From Dimargaris cristalligena (lineage: Eukaryota): a stretch of DNA of 64,000 nucleotides. This document shows positions 53,155 to 64,000 of the stretch, piece after piece. The position numbers were made by a program, and so were the translations under genes. Each line of letters begins with the position of its first letter. Positions within the stretch are counted from its first letter, which is position 1. The notes under the pieces are model-generated. The model made no database searches, was not told the DNA's origin, and was given only the letters and a program-made list of their open reading frames with translations. Location: assembly GCA_003614675.1 (NCBI GenBank), contig ML002210.1, positions 1 through 64,000 on the forward strand, in the 5' to 3' direction.

Positions 53155-54302
53155 TTATTGTTTCGGTTCACCCAGGATAAAGCGTTCGAGTTCCTTATAG
53201 GCGGTTGCGAGATCATCGTTGATGATGATTTTATCGTGGTTTCCGGGAATGGCCGCGTAGGCCAGTTCCTTTTTGGCCGTGCGCAGGCGCATTTCCAACG
53301 ATTCGGTGGTTTCCGTACCCCGGGAATTCAGGCGCTCCTCGAGGGCATCCGGGGACGGCGGCGCAATGAACACGAACCGGGCGTTGAGGTCGGTCTTCTT
53401 CACGGAGATGACGCCCTGCATATCGATGTCCAGGATACAGATCTTGCCCGCGTCCAGCACGTCCTTCACCGCCTTGATCGACGTGCCGTAGTAGTTGCCG
53501 GAGAACTCGGCCGATTCGATGAACTCACCATTGGTCACGGCCCTCTCAAACTCCGGACGGGTCACAAAATGGTACGAAACACCGTCCTTCTCACCCTCGC
53601 GGGGTTGGCGGGTCGTGTCTGAAGAGGCGTGATAGGGGTGGGGGAGGGTTAAAAAATGGCCATGGATGGATGTGCCAGTAGATGAACATACCCATAGTTT
53701 AGCGGTTAGGTATAGGAAATGCATGTATTTAACGGGTGGCCTACCCAAGGGAAGGAAACAATACTGATGTAGTAATATTAATCATCAATAGGAGGTCATA
53801 ATAGCGTCTTATCAATCATTTCGCAGTGCGGGTTACTTACGGGAGACACTAAAGCCAAAAGTGTTGGGATGGTCCTTGAACAGCAGCTTAAGGAGCGTAC
53901 TCTTGCCGGTACCCGAAGGGCCGGACAGAACAACGGGGCCTGGGTAGATAGTCAAAGATACAGGCCGAGTCGGTCGTTTTACACAAGGGTTAATAATACG
54001 GAACCGAGAAAACAGAGTGTGGGGCCTGGGGTATTCGGATTCGTGCGGGCCATGCCCTAGCCCTGCATCGTTAGCATCGCCATTCCCCTCTCGGGGACCC
54101 GTGGGCACTCTAGGAGCTATTCGAACTCGGGCCAAAAGAGCCAAGGTAGCCCAGACCAGGTTGGAAAAGGGTGAAGTAGGCGAGGTACACGATACTTACG
54201 CTTGGAGGTAGGGGTGGTGGTGGTAGTAGAGCTCGACATGGTGCGGAGAGAAGTCGTGAAGAGGGTTAGACGGCGAGGAAAACGGAATAAATAGGAAATC
54301 AT
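53155..54302 (-). CDS. GUK1: Guanylate kinase, 3 exons; short form from ATG 54239, possible mitochondrial long form from ATG 54302
   Basis: Exons 54239-54200, 53939-53841 and 53618-53155 (200 aa). [47 protein letters not shown]. Confidence 0.93.
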
Positions 54303-55407
54303 ATAGAACTGCAGAAGTCCAATAAAAGTCAATGGAAATGGAAACCAAACTGGATGGAAGGTAGAGGGCAAAAAAGTTGGAAGATCAGACCATGCGGACC
54401 GCCGGATTGAGAGGATGGGGTGCTGGCCTTCCGAATGTAGACAATCTCAGGTAACAATCAAACTGAAGCTTAGATAAAAATATTCATTGATGTGTGATCT
54501 ATTAGGGTAACTGTTTCATCTCAGCGACTTCATCTTTGCGAACATATATCATCAGGTTATTTCGGCGAAGGTGATTAGCCCCCGCTTTATCTTTCCAATA
54601 ACTCACCTTCTCTTTCTTTATTATATCCACCATGTAATAACCCGACCAACAGTTGGCTAACAGTTCCGGTTCTGAGGCATATCCAATACTCCCCCGAGTT
54701 ATCGTATCGAATTTAAGAGAGGTCGCCTCCATCAACAGGTCAATCGGATTCACCTCCTGTTGATTAATGACATTTCTCATACATATACTTCCCTGAAGTA
54801 GATCTATAATAAAAATGGTTTAATGGGGGTTGGGGTGATCATAAATGGGGTGAGTTGGGTTGGAACCGCATAACAGAACGAAATGTTCGAATACTTTTTT
54901 TGTCTTTACGTAAAACTAGGGACGGTCGGGCTTCCTTGGTTGGGAATGCCGAGGGCCAGCAGAATCAATCAGGTTTAAGAGGTATGTATAAAGTATAAAA
55001 AAAACGATATGGTGTATATGTATTGAAATGGAAGAAGGGGCGCAGAGAGGGCAGATAATCAGAAGTGGCCGGAACATACATTCAAGGTATGTAATGGTGC
55101 AAAGGGGTAAAAAGCGGAGAGAGAAGAGGAATAAAGAGGGAGAGAGAAAGAGAGAGAGTTGGGGGTAGAATATGCTAACCAAATGAATGCACAGGAGGTA
55201 CATGAAGAACGTCGTCAGATCGAAAGAAATACAGCATCATCGAGAAGAAATTATACCAAGAAGCCGTAGTAGGGGTCCGCCCCGTACGCCAAGCAGCAGA
55301 ATCGGTGAATACAAACGACCTAGGTTTGAATAGGCGGGTCGCTTTGTTTGGGGGGAGAGGGAGAGGTTGTGTGATGCGGGTGGATAGTATTAGACGCCAG
55401 CCCGGAT

Positions 55408-57504
55408 CTAGACGAAGGTCCCCGCCTGGCCCACGCTGGGCGACGAATAAAAGCCGTCATCATTGCCACCATGGGCGGATGCGTACTGGCTCTGGCCGTG
55501 GATCGGGCTGCCCACCGTGGAGACAGTGAGACCAACCTGGGTCATTTGGTTCAGCAGGGCCAGGCGAAGGACAAAGTTCTGGGACAGGTCTGGGCCACGG
55601 GGTTGGCGGGTGGGAATGACCACGGAGGAGTTAAGAACCCGGGAGGGGTAGCCTTGGAAGGCGGGCGAGCTAGAAGTTGGGGTAGACGGAGATCCCGAAG
55701 AATTGGGTAGACGGGGGTTCTCACTACCCTGCGTACGTCCATACGGATCGGCCACGGTGGGACGGGGCCCTACGGAGAAGCTGACGCTGCGGAAACGGCC
55801 GCTGGCGTGGCGACCATTGGCATCGGGGGTCAGGTCTTCAGCCACCATTGGGGCATAGGGCGAGGCTAAGTAGGCCTCAGGAGAAGCGGTGTAGGGGTTG
55901 TAGGGATAGCCGAGGTTGGCGAGAGTGGCCGGGGTGAGGTGGCCATGGGGGACCACCCGTTGTCCATACAGGGCGGGGTGGGCCATGTAGGACGGGTAAA
56001 GGGACTGGATGTGGGACTCGGAGGTGAGACGGCCCCGGTTGGGTTTGGGCATGGTAGACACGTTGCCGACGGGCGGCATTCCCGAGATAGAGGCCCGGTG
56101 GTGTCGGACACGGGGATTATCGGTGCGGACGGTTTCGGTCGGTTTGGTCAGGCGCACGCCGGCCTTCCGGGAAGTGGGTTTGGGCTCGTGGGGTGACGAC
56201 GAGGGCGAATTGGCCGCACTCGGGGAGTCCTGGGGGGAGGCGGGGGAAAATATCACCTGCGATATAAGGCCGAATCGCTCGACGATGGCGGCCACGACGG
56301 CAAATAGATCGGCCTCGTTATCGTCAGTAAGCATGAGCTCCAATTCACGGCGGGATTTGTCGTGGCGGAAGGACGCAATCTGATCGTACAGCTCCCGGGT
56401 CTTGGGGTCGTCCAGGTTGATGGGGATGTCGGAAGTCGGGGTCGGGGGTTCGGTACCGGCCAGGGGAGACTCGCCGCCCCCATTGGCAGAGGCCAGCGGG
56501 CCATCGTAGTGGCTGCCGGCGGAAATGGAGTTGCGATGGGCCAGACGGGCTTCCTGTTTGGCGGCTTCGACATCAGCGGGCAGCATGCGTTTGTATTCGA
56601 CCTTGAGCTTACGCCCAGCTAGATCAAAGCCATTTAGGGTGGCGAAGACGATCATGGTCTCCTCAGGGGTCCGGAAATTGGCAAAGGCCAAGCCGCGGAA
56701 GACACCGCCTTCGTAATGGTAATTGAGAGCGTAGGGCATGGGGATGTCCAGGGCCACGATAGTTTGCAGCAGTACTTCGCGCTTGACGGAAAAGGCGATA
56801 TTCTTGATGACCACGGCAGTGGGGATCTCGTCGGGACCGGGGGCCTGGAGGGCGAGGGAGCGACCGTAGGGGGAGGGGTCAAGGCCAGTGGGCAGATACA
56901 TAGGGAGTTGACCCGCATGGGCCAGTAGGGGCGAAGTCAAGCCCGAGGCAGTGGCCATGGAATTGCCCAGTCCCGTGGGGGGTGGGGAGTGAAGTGGCAT
57001 GGGGTGGTGGCGAAGGTACTGGCCGCCTACCATGGGGAGGGGCTGGGGACGCAGCGGGAAGCTCATGGACTTGGAAGGCGGCCGACTGCGTCCGGTCCGG
57101 GAATTCTGGGCCGGGCCGTGGGTAGTAGGGGAGCCCAGAGCCATGCCAGGAAAGGGGATGGTGGAGTTAACGTAGTGGGGCGACTGCGTGACTGGGGATT
57201 GCAGAAACTGGGTAAGCTGGTGACTGGCTAGGGATGATGAGTGGGAAGGCAGCTGCATCGAACGACGCTTGTCGCGCTTGTTGGCGGCGCGCGCCCAGTC
57301 GGCGTTCAAAACAGAGGCAGACGGGGCGACGGAGGAGTAGACCGAGTAGGCCCCACCGCCCAAGGTGGTGGCAATATCGCCCTGGGTGGGGAAATGGACG
57401 GACATGGGCCGGCTGCGACGGGGGTTGGATTCACGGGCAACTCCCGAGGATTGGTCGAGGTTAAGGCTATCGAGCCCCTCTTGGATATCCTGTAAAGTAG
57501 ACAT
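55408..57504 (-). CDS. PIN4: Pin4/Cip2-like RNA-binding protein (RRM, degenerate R3H-like region, C-terminal RQPRGP motif)
   Basis: PTAVVIKNIAF..PYALNYHYEGGVFRGLAFANF..GRKLKVEYKRMLP, NLDDP.TRELY, PTRQPRGPD..NF. Possible 5'UTR intron at 58028-57585. Confidence 0.82.
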   Translation of the reverse strand: MSTLQDIQEGLDSLNLDQSSGVARESNPRRSRPMSVHFPTQGDIATTLGGGAYSVYSSVAPSASVLNADWARAANKRDKRRSMQLPSHSSSLASHQLTQFLQSPVTQSPHYVNSTIPFPGMALGSPTTHGPAQNSRTGRSRPPSKSMSFPLRPQPLPMVGGQYLRHHPMPLHSPPPTGLGNSMATASGLTSPLLAHAGQLPMYLPTGLDPSPYGRSLALQAPGPDEIPTAVVIKNIAFSVKREVLLQTIVALDIPMPYALNYHYEGGVFRGLAFANFRTPEETMIVFATLNGFDLAGRKLKVEYKRMLPADVEAAKQEARLAHRNSISAGSHYDGPLASANGGGESPLAGTEPPTPTSDIPINLDDPKTRELYDQIASFRHDKSRRELELMLTDDNEADLFAVVAAIVERFGLISQVIFSPASPQDSPSAANSPSSSPHEPKPTSRKAGVRLTKPTETVRTDNPRVRHHRASISGMPPVGNVSTMPKPNRGRLTSESHIQSLYPSYMAHPALYGQRVVPHGHLTPATLANLGYPYNPYTASPEAYLASPYAPMVAEDLTPDANGRHASGRFRSVSFSVGPRPTVADPYGRTQGSENPRLPNSSGSPSTPTSSSPAFQGYPSRVLNSSVVIPTRQPRGPDLSQNFVLRLALLNQMTQVGLTVSTVGSPIHGQSQYASAHGGNDDGFYSSPSVGQAGTFV

Positions 57505-59865
57505 GGTGTAGGAGGAAAGCGAGCGGGGCGAAGATGCGACACGACTTGGTACACAGAGCGATGATGCGTCGGGATACGGAAATTCTAGAATTAGGGTAGT
57601 AGAGGGGACATAGGCCAGGTCGGCGGTTTCATGGACGAGGATGTGTTAGTAAAGTAAAAGGATAGGTGGGCCACATCAACAACACGCCTAACCCACGGGG
57701 AGAAGAGGGACTAGTAGTCGCTTGGAGGGGTAAAATGAAGAGAGAGAGGGGGGCATTGTTTATAATCATCATGGATAAAGAGGGCGTGGAACTGAAGGAG
57801 GCGGGTTCTCTCCTCATACGGGGGAGCCAGTTAGTGTGGGCCTGGGCACTGGGAGCCACGCGCAGTAAGAGGCACAGGGACCAGTCAGAGTGTGCAAAAA
57901 GGGCGAGTTGCCTTGGGTGGGTCGGGCGTGACTGGTTCGCCTGGATGAGAGAATCCTCAAGTAGGCAGGCGGCACTGGGGCGAGATGGTACGGGCCAAGA
58001 GTAGATGAGAGAAGTCTTGGCTACTTACAGAAGAAACGAGACCAATGAGAAGAGCAGGGGATAGTGGCGGCCGGGAACGTAAACTGACGATAGGGGAGAT
58101 GACGAAGGGGCAGGGTTAGAAATACAACTCGGTGGAGTTTAATAGGGGAATAAAGCGATAGCGAGCGACAGAGCAAGAATCGTAAGGAACTGGGCCGATC
58201 GGGTCGGGAAGGCTAACGGAGTCAAAAGGAGCCAAGCTAAGCGGGCATTACAACAATATCGAACGGAAGGAAGCAAACGAAGAGGACAGCGGAGCGAAGC
58301 GGGGGCGCATCAGCCGTGAACGCAGCAAGTAGATGAGCGCGTTAGAGGGTTAAGGAATAATATATAGATAGATAAGTAAGTAAGTTAAGTTAGCAACGAA
58401 AGGGAAGGAAGCAGCAGCAGTGGCCGCGGGGTTCTTCGTTGGCAAAAAAAGGGCCATCCAGAGTGTATGCGCCTCTCTTTGCCTTAGGACTGGATAGGCC
58501 TTATAGAGCGCATATATAATATACACACGCATTCACCAGCGATTGACGCAAGCAAGTACTTCTTCCACCCAGTAAGCATGGGTTACTTATTCGACCTTAT
58601 TCTAACCTAACCGGCTGAACAATGCCCACAGCCGATCCCTCACCACCCGACGTAATCGGCCTTCCGCGGGGACCTGGTGGAGCCCCCGCGATGCGTGGCG
58701 TGGCCACCTACCTCTCCCCATCCCGTCCCGCTCTGCCTGCCTGGTCTCGGCGATTAAGCAGCGGTTCAAAGGCCCATTGTTCCCCTGCCTCTCTCATCAT
58801 AATAGCCTAGGCCACGGCACACCCGATCCGCACGAGTTGCATGTCGGCTGCGTCCCCCCTCGCTGCGCTGTATCCTCCTCCTCCTTTGGTTGCCTCCAAT
58901 CCGACCAGGCCCCAAGGTGCTTGGTAGGAGGAAGTGTCAGGGAACAGGGGTGGTCCGCCTGTGGTCTTTTACCCGCAAAACTCACGATTCCGCCTGGGGA
59001 GGCCGGGTCCCGTCAAAGGAACTGTTGCCCATCGAAGCCAGGCGAAGGTGAAGGAACGAGCCGCAGGCATCTCCACGTATAACCAAGGGCGAACGAAGTG
59101 GGAAAGGCCTTGGCTAGATCAGCGCCTATACCTGAAACCTCTGCTCCTTTTATATCCCCCTCCCTTTCACTCTCACTCTCTGTCATCCTTCTTCACTCCT
59201 GTGGCATCCCAATCAGTCATGTTGGCCTCGGCCATCAATGCGTGTTTTTCCTTCCTTTTCCATGGTCAATCCAACCGGCATTATTTCTGGTGGCCTTGTT
59301 TGACTGAAGGGTACTTCCATGACAAAATCCCTTGTTGCTCCCGACAACCATTATCATCAGCTCAAGGGTGAAATATAGATCAATCAAAGTCTACGTCCAG
59401 ATGTGACAGGCTTTTTGACTAATAAAAAAAGTAGCTTGGTATAAAATCGCGAGAATCCTTCACCCCAGTCACCCAAATATGATCCTCATCACCTATATAC
59501 CTCTAATTATACTCCAGTAGCACGGATATTTACCATGATACACCAGTTAATCCTCTAAACAAGCCGATCCACCGCGCAATAATCGAGACGGTATCTCGAT
59601 CACAATTAGAAATCAAACCGACACGTTCCACAGCATACCCTTCCGTAATCGGATGGCACCGAAGCAGATTAATCCCCAGCCGGGCAGAGCCACGCGGTTA
59701 GTTCACTAAACTAGCTTGCAGGATTTTGGACCCAATATTCAAGTGAAGTTTATTAGACAAGTTATAGGTTAAAGCAACTGCCAATGGAGGAGTAGTGTGT
59801 CCCATTATGGACACCATTCCAAACAATCTGGAAATAGGCGGTAAACCCTGCCGTCCTCCCGGCTC

Positions 59866-60666
59866 TTACATATCCACCCAGCGTACATGCCCACGTCGAG
59901 ACTGAGGGAGAGGTGCTTCTGTAACAATGGGTAAAAATATCGGCCGGGTATTGGGGTTCGCTGAGTTTAGGCTGCTTGATGCTTGCCAGGGTAAACTAAT
60001 GCCACCCCATAATCGGCGAGACGAGTCTCTGGACGGAGCATGGAGTCTGATTTGCTGCTGAAAATTACTCTCCGGGTTACGAGGAGTGTGCTGTAGCCCC
60101 CTGGAAAGAGAAGTCCCACTCGACAGATAACTCGGGGTTTGACTAACCATTAGGCTCATCGGCTGGTAGACAAGGGGTGGTCGGTCAATAACGGTAGTAG
60201 AGATGGTGGTCTCATTAGAGGACTGACTCGATTGGCCCCTGTGCTGCCCCAGTCTGCGAGCGATACGCTCCCGTTTGGACCGTCTCGATATATAACATAG
60301 ATACCCGCATAGGCTGAGCATCAAAAGCGCAAACCCCAAGACCGAACCCACCAGAATAAATACAACCATATCCGTACTTGTGTTGTCTTGGCGCTTCACG
60401 AATCGGCGGATAAGTAGTTGCTGATGAAGCTCGCGGGTTCTATAACGAGTATTTGAAATATTTTGGCCTCTCAGCTGGATCCAACTGGAGGTCAAGGGTT
60501 TGGGCGTTTGTTGTAAAGGCGGTCTATGTAGTGATTGTTCCCGCTTCAGCAAAAGGATAGTCTGCCCAGAGATTACTGGTCGTAGTAGACCTTGGGCTGG
60601 GACCCGAGTCGAGCTAGTCGTATGGCATCCAACTGCCGCCATAATTATGAGAAATCCCAATTTCAT
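59866..60666 (-). CDS. Hypothetical single-pass membrane protein
   Basis: Long ORF; signal-like MKLGFLIIMAAVGC; TM segment MVVFILVGSVLGFALLMLSLCGYLCYI followed by basic RRSKR. Confidence 0.6.
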   Translation of the reverse strand: MKLGFLIIMAAVGCHTTSSTRVPAQGLLRPVISGQTILLLKREQSLHRPPLQQTPKPLTSSWIQLRGQNISNTRYRTRELHQQLLIRRFVKRQDNTSTDMVVFILVGSVLGFALLMLSLCGYLCYISRRSKRERIARRLGQHRGQSSQSSNETTISTTVIDRPPLVYQPMSLMVSQTPSYLSSGTSLSRGLQHTPRNPESNFQQQIRLHAPSRDSSRRLWGGISLPWQASSSLNSANPNTRPIFLPIVTEAPLPQSRRGHVRWVDM

Positions 60667-62424
60667 GGCTTTAAGGCGGTGTAGATAGCAGTAATTAAAA
60701 ATGATATAATATATATATATAATGAACAAATAGTAGTACTAGGTGGGCAACAGCCGAGAAAACCTATACTAGAAAAACAAAACCAGGGCATTTATACCCG
60801 TGGAGACCTATTGAATAATACAACTTAGTGACGAAGTAATCAAAGTAACATGCTAACAAAATAGGAAAAAATAATGCTCTTTAAATCATATAAAACTCGG
60901 TACTATAGTAATAATAGACAAATATTACGTTCTGTAGACCGGGAGGCGTAAATTAGCCAAATAATAATCCGAATGGAGGTGCTAGAGGTAAAGTAGTATG
61001 AAGCAACAGGCCGGGAGGTTGAGATTTTATAGGTAAGTATTGGGCACGGATTTTATGCTTTAATGTTCGATGAGGGCTCGGAGTCCATTCCTTTTGACGA
61101 GCCCCAAAAAAGAAACATATTTAGTAGAGGAGGTGTCTTTGTGTTGGTCTTTAGACTGGGCTACTAAATTGTTCATCGCTTGAGTATTGGGGTCATTTGT
61201 CCACTTAACAGTATAATAGTAGCTTACACTGATTTTCAATACGGTGCTTAGCCTGGATCGCCTGTTTCTGTTCTCTTTGCATAAATGACCTCCGTTGTTC
61301 CTGCTGGGGAAACATCATTGTTGTAGATCAGTATAATTCCTAAATGATACACACTGTGAGGTCAATTAATTCGATCATTGATTTTCAAAACCGAACCTAA
61401 CCGTCCCGTGTAACAAAACGGGATGCGTTTTGCCAGTCTGGCATCGCGGTACTCTAATGATATATTTAGAAACTAAAGGGACCTCATGAATCAATCCGTA
61501 GATCCAGACCAATACGTTATAAATGATGTTTCTGTATCCCACGTGGTAATTGCACCCCTCCTCGATCGACTGTGACCCATTCCTCCTCGGAAAGTATTTT
61601 TTAATGCCGGTATTTACATCTATTTGAATCTATTGTATTTAGTAATCACTGGCTCTGTTTAAGCTCCGGGGTACTTTTCTAATGGATATAGTTTGCCGGA
61701 TATTCCAGATACTATATTCGTGTTTGACCACCTTTAGGTAAATAGCGAATATGGAACCGCTTAAATAGAACCGGTGCACTCAGATCAACAGCCTCGTTGG
61801 CATTTCGAGAATAGGTCGCCTATTCTATTTCCAGAGTTAAAGGGCCTAGACCGGCTGACTAAGGTATAGCATTGGCTTGCTTCGTTTTGGTTTAAGTGGG
61901 AAGGGGTTATCTTAACCTCCCATAATTGATATAATGTCTAGCGAGGCATATGGGGTAGTCAACAGGCGGGGTAGATTAGGTGCTAAAATATCAGCCAACC
62001 CAGCTAGCAATGGGTGCTCCACAGCTTCGGATGTCAGCTGGCTGGGTTCCCCTGAACTAGCCTTGGGAGACAGTCTCTCATCCCTGCATCACCAGTCGGT
62101 TAGCACCAATCAATCTAATATAACTATTTTTTCTCCCGTGGGACAAGTATATATATTTGTTGTCCCAACCCATGAATCTCTCTACAGGCTTAATCGGCCT
62201 TGGGTTGGGGTCGCCAAGCGGAGCACATGCAGAAATCCCTGAATTTACTTCACATTAAGCTCCCATCCCATAGATGCGCTGCGCCTAGGCTTCCCACTTC
62301 ATCTCTACTCTTGCCTCATTTTGTTTGCATCCCATCCCTCGTTTAAAACTCCGCTAGTTTCTAGTCATCTACGCTGCATTGCCGCTCTACACCTAGCCTT
62401 AATTCAGTGGTTCAACTCGTGCCC

Positions 62425-64000
62425 ATGGCCACTCGAAATCGCACCTTTCTTTTCGTTCAGTACCGTAACTCATTTGGCCATGCTCACCGGAAACGCCGCG
62501 CCAAGGCCATCGGCACTAGTCCGGGGGGCATCCAGGGCCGGGGGCGCAGCGGCACGGTCAATTCAATAAGTAGTGAGCGCGACGGTCTCATCGGTGAGGG
62601 CTCTACTTTGGTCCCTAGTTCCGGAAACGACCCCATGGCGCTAGACGCCAGTGACGTAATAATCGAAATGGCCACCCTACCGCCGAAATGGTAAGAGGTA
62701 TGTCGCCCCACGTGGTCTATACATTAGAATGAATAATTCTTGACTTATGGCAGAACCGGCTCCTATTTAGTTTACATGGCTGGCCTGTTGTTCGGGTGTC
62801 CGCCTTCTTAATTACAAATTGGGCATAGTTTAGACTGTATCCTGGTTTGCGCTCCGTATCAATTTGCACTAATGGTTTATCCTTATGTCCAACTATCCCC
62901 CACTTCCAAATCCTTCCAGAGATACGCAGGAATCTATCTATACCAGCACCGCATTCGTACTGGCTGCTTCATTATCAAATCCCTGCGGTGAATGTGATTC
63001 TAGATTGCGACACCTGGACTGTGTCAATTGCGCCAGAAGAACCCATATTGCATACTTTCTTGAACATCCTACCTTCGGCCCTACTGCTAACCCAACTCTG
63101 ATGGTCCTATATCTCTACAATCCCTTTCTTATTATTGCATTACTGTTTCCGACCCGCTCCTTTCTTGCGCCATCATAGGGTGGACATAGTTGACGAGGTA
63201 AGCCTTTTAGTATTAATATTTGGCAGTTGCTGTACAGACTGTGGATTATAGAGTGCTAACAGCCCAAGCCATCGCTTCCGTCTTTTTTTCTATTAGAGTT
63301 TACCATCCAGTTTTCGGCATTATGTTGTATATTTATCTATTCGATTTCCGGCCACTCATATTTTACTTTATATTCCCCACATCTAATCCGGCCCTATTTT
63401 AGATTAACGAGAAGTTTCAACAAATTCGAAATGACAGTAAGTAATCCTCTGACCACCATGCTCTAATAAGTAGCCCAGTTCATGAGGATTTTTTAGCCAA
63501 TAGACTCTGGGTTAGGTAAAATGCCTTGCCCCCTCATATACCTACATCTAATGATTTCGCGTAAGCTATGTATTACGTATTATTTTACCCGGTATACCAT
63601 TCCCCCTCATATCATCCTGGAACTCTATTCCAACCGCTCGTTAGTGAAATATCTATCCTCACTACATAAAAAGCACCTCCTCCCGGGGTTTGATGATCGC
63701 CGGGAAGATGAGGATATGATCGAGGACCTCACTAATTCAATAACCAAGGTAAGGTTATACTCATATACCTTCGTAGCATTCTAGGCATAATATTCCTAGA
63801 ACGATATTAAATTGATGGACATATTTACCCCAGTTCTACCTATGAATTCATCTAATTCTCACAACTATACGCATATGCCTTTTATCCATGATATATATAT
63901 GTAACCCTCCTTAGCAATTCCACGAGGCCCAGGAACTGATCCGATATATTGTCCAGCCCAGTGCTGAGGGCCAGGAAGTTACCGTCGGTAATAACATCCG
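62425..64000 (+). CDS. TLG2: Syntaxin-16/Tlg2 t-SNARE, 5' part (runs off the window)
   Basis: N-peptide MATRNRTFLFVQYRNSF. Exons 62425-62690, 63179-63197, 63403-63436, 63645-63748 and 63915 onward give LPPKWVDIVDE..LHKKHLLPGFDDR..IEDLTNSITK. Confidence 0.9.

Noticed and set aside
1-64000. CRISPR arrays, rRNA, tRNA or spliceosomal snRNA genes, U12-type introns
   Set aside because: None recognised by eye; all modelled introns are GT-AG with U2-type donors.

Overview
Intron-rich eukaryotic genomic DNA (GT-AG introns with CTAAC-type branch sites). It is most likely from an early-diverging fungus; this is inferred from the gene families present and the long, 150-500 nt introns. The window opens with a CpG-depleted dead tyrosine-recombinase (DIRS/Crypton-like) gene that is split by a MITE. 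A gene-dense block (1.7-33 kb) follows: RCE1, mitochondrial S12, BCP1, a membrane-anchored CBA1/BtuF-like candidate vitamin B12-binding protein, a frameshifted LOTUS/OST-HTH-like gene, two tandem Gfd2/QIP-like DEDDh exonucleases, Yip4/YIPF6, a small secreted orphan, endonuclease V, Ran, a LYR protein, PP4c and Sft2. Next is a ~20 kb gene desert holding one 128-aa C2H2 protein with a Sin3-interaction-like helix. The window ends with GUK1, a PIN4-like RRM protein, an orphan membrane protein and the 5' part of TLG2. A ~140 bp TIR MITE occurs four times. The most interesting candidates are the CBA1-like surface protein with a structured 5'UTR intron, the LOTUS/dual-exonuclease/EndoV neighbourhood, the MITE family and a probable dual-targeted GUK1. 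All family calls come from recalled motifs, not database searches.
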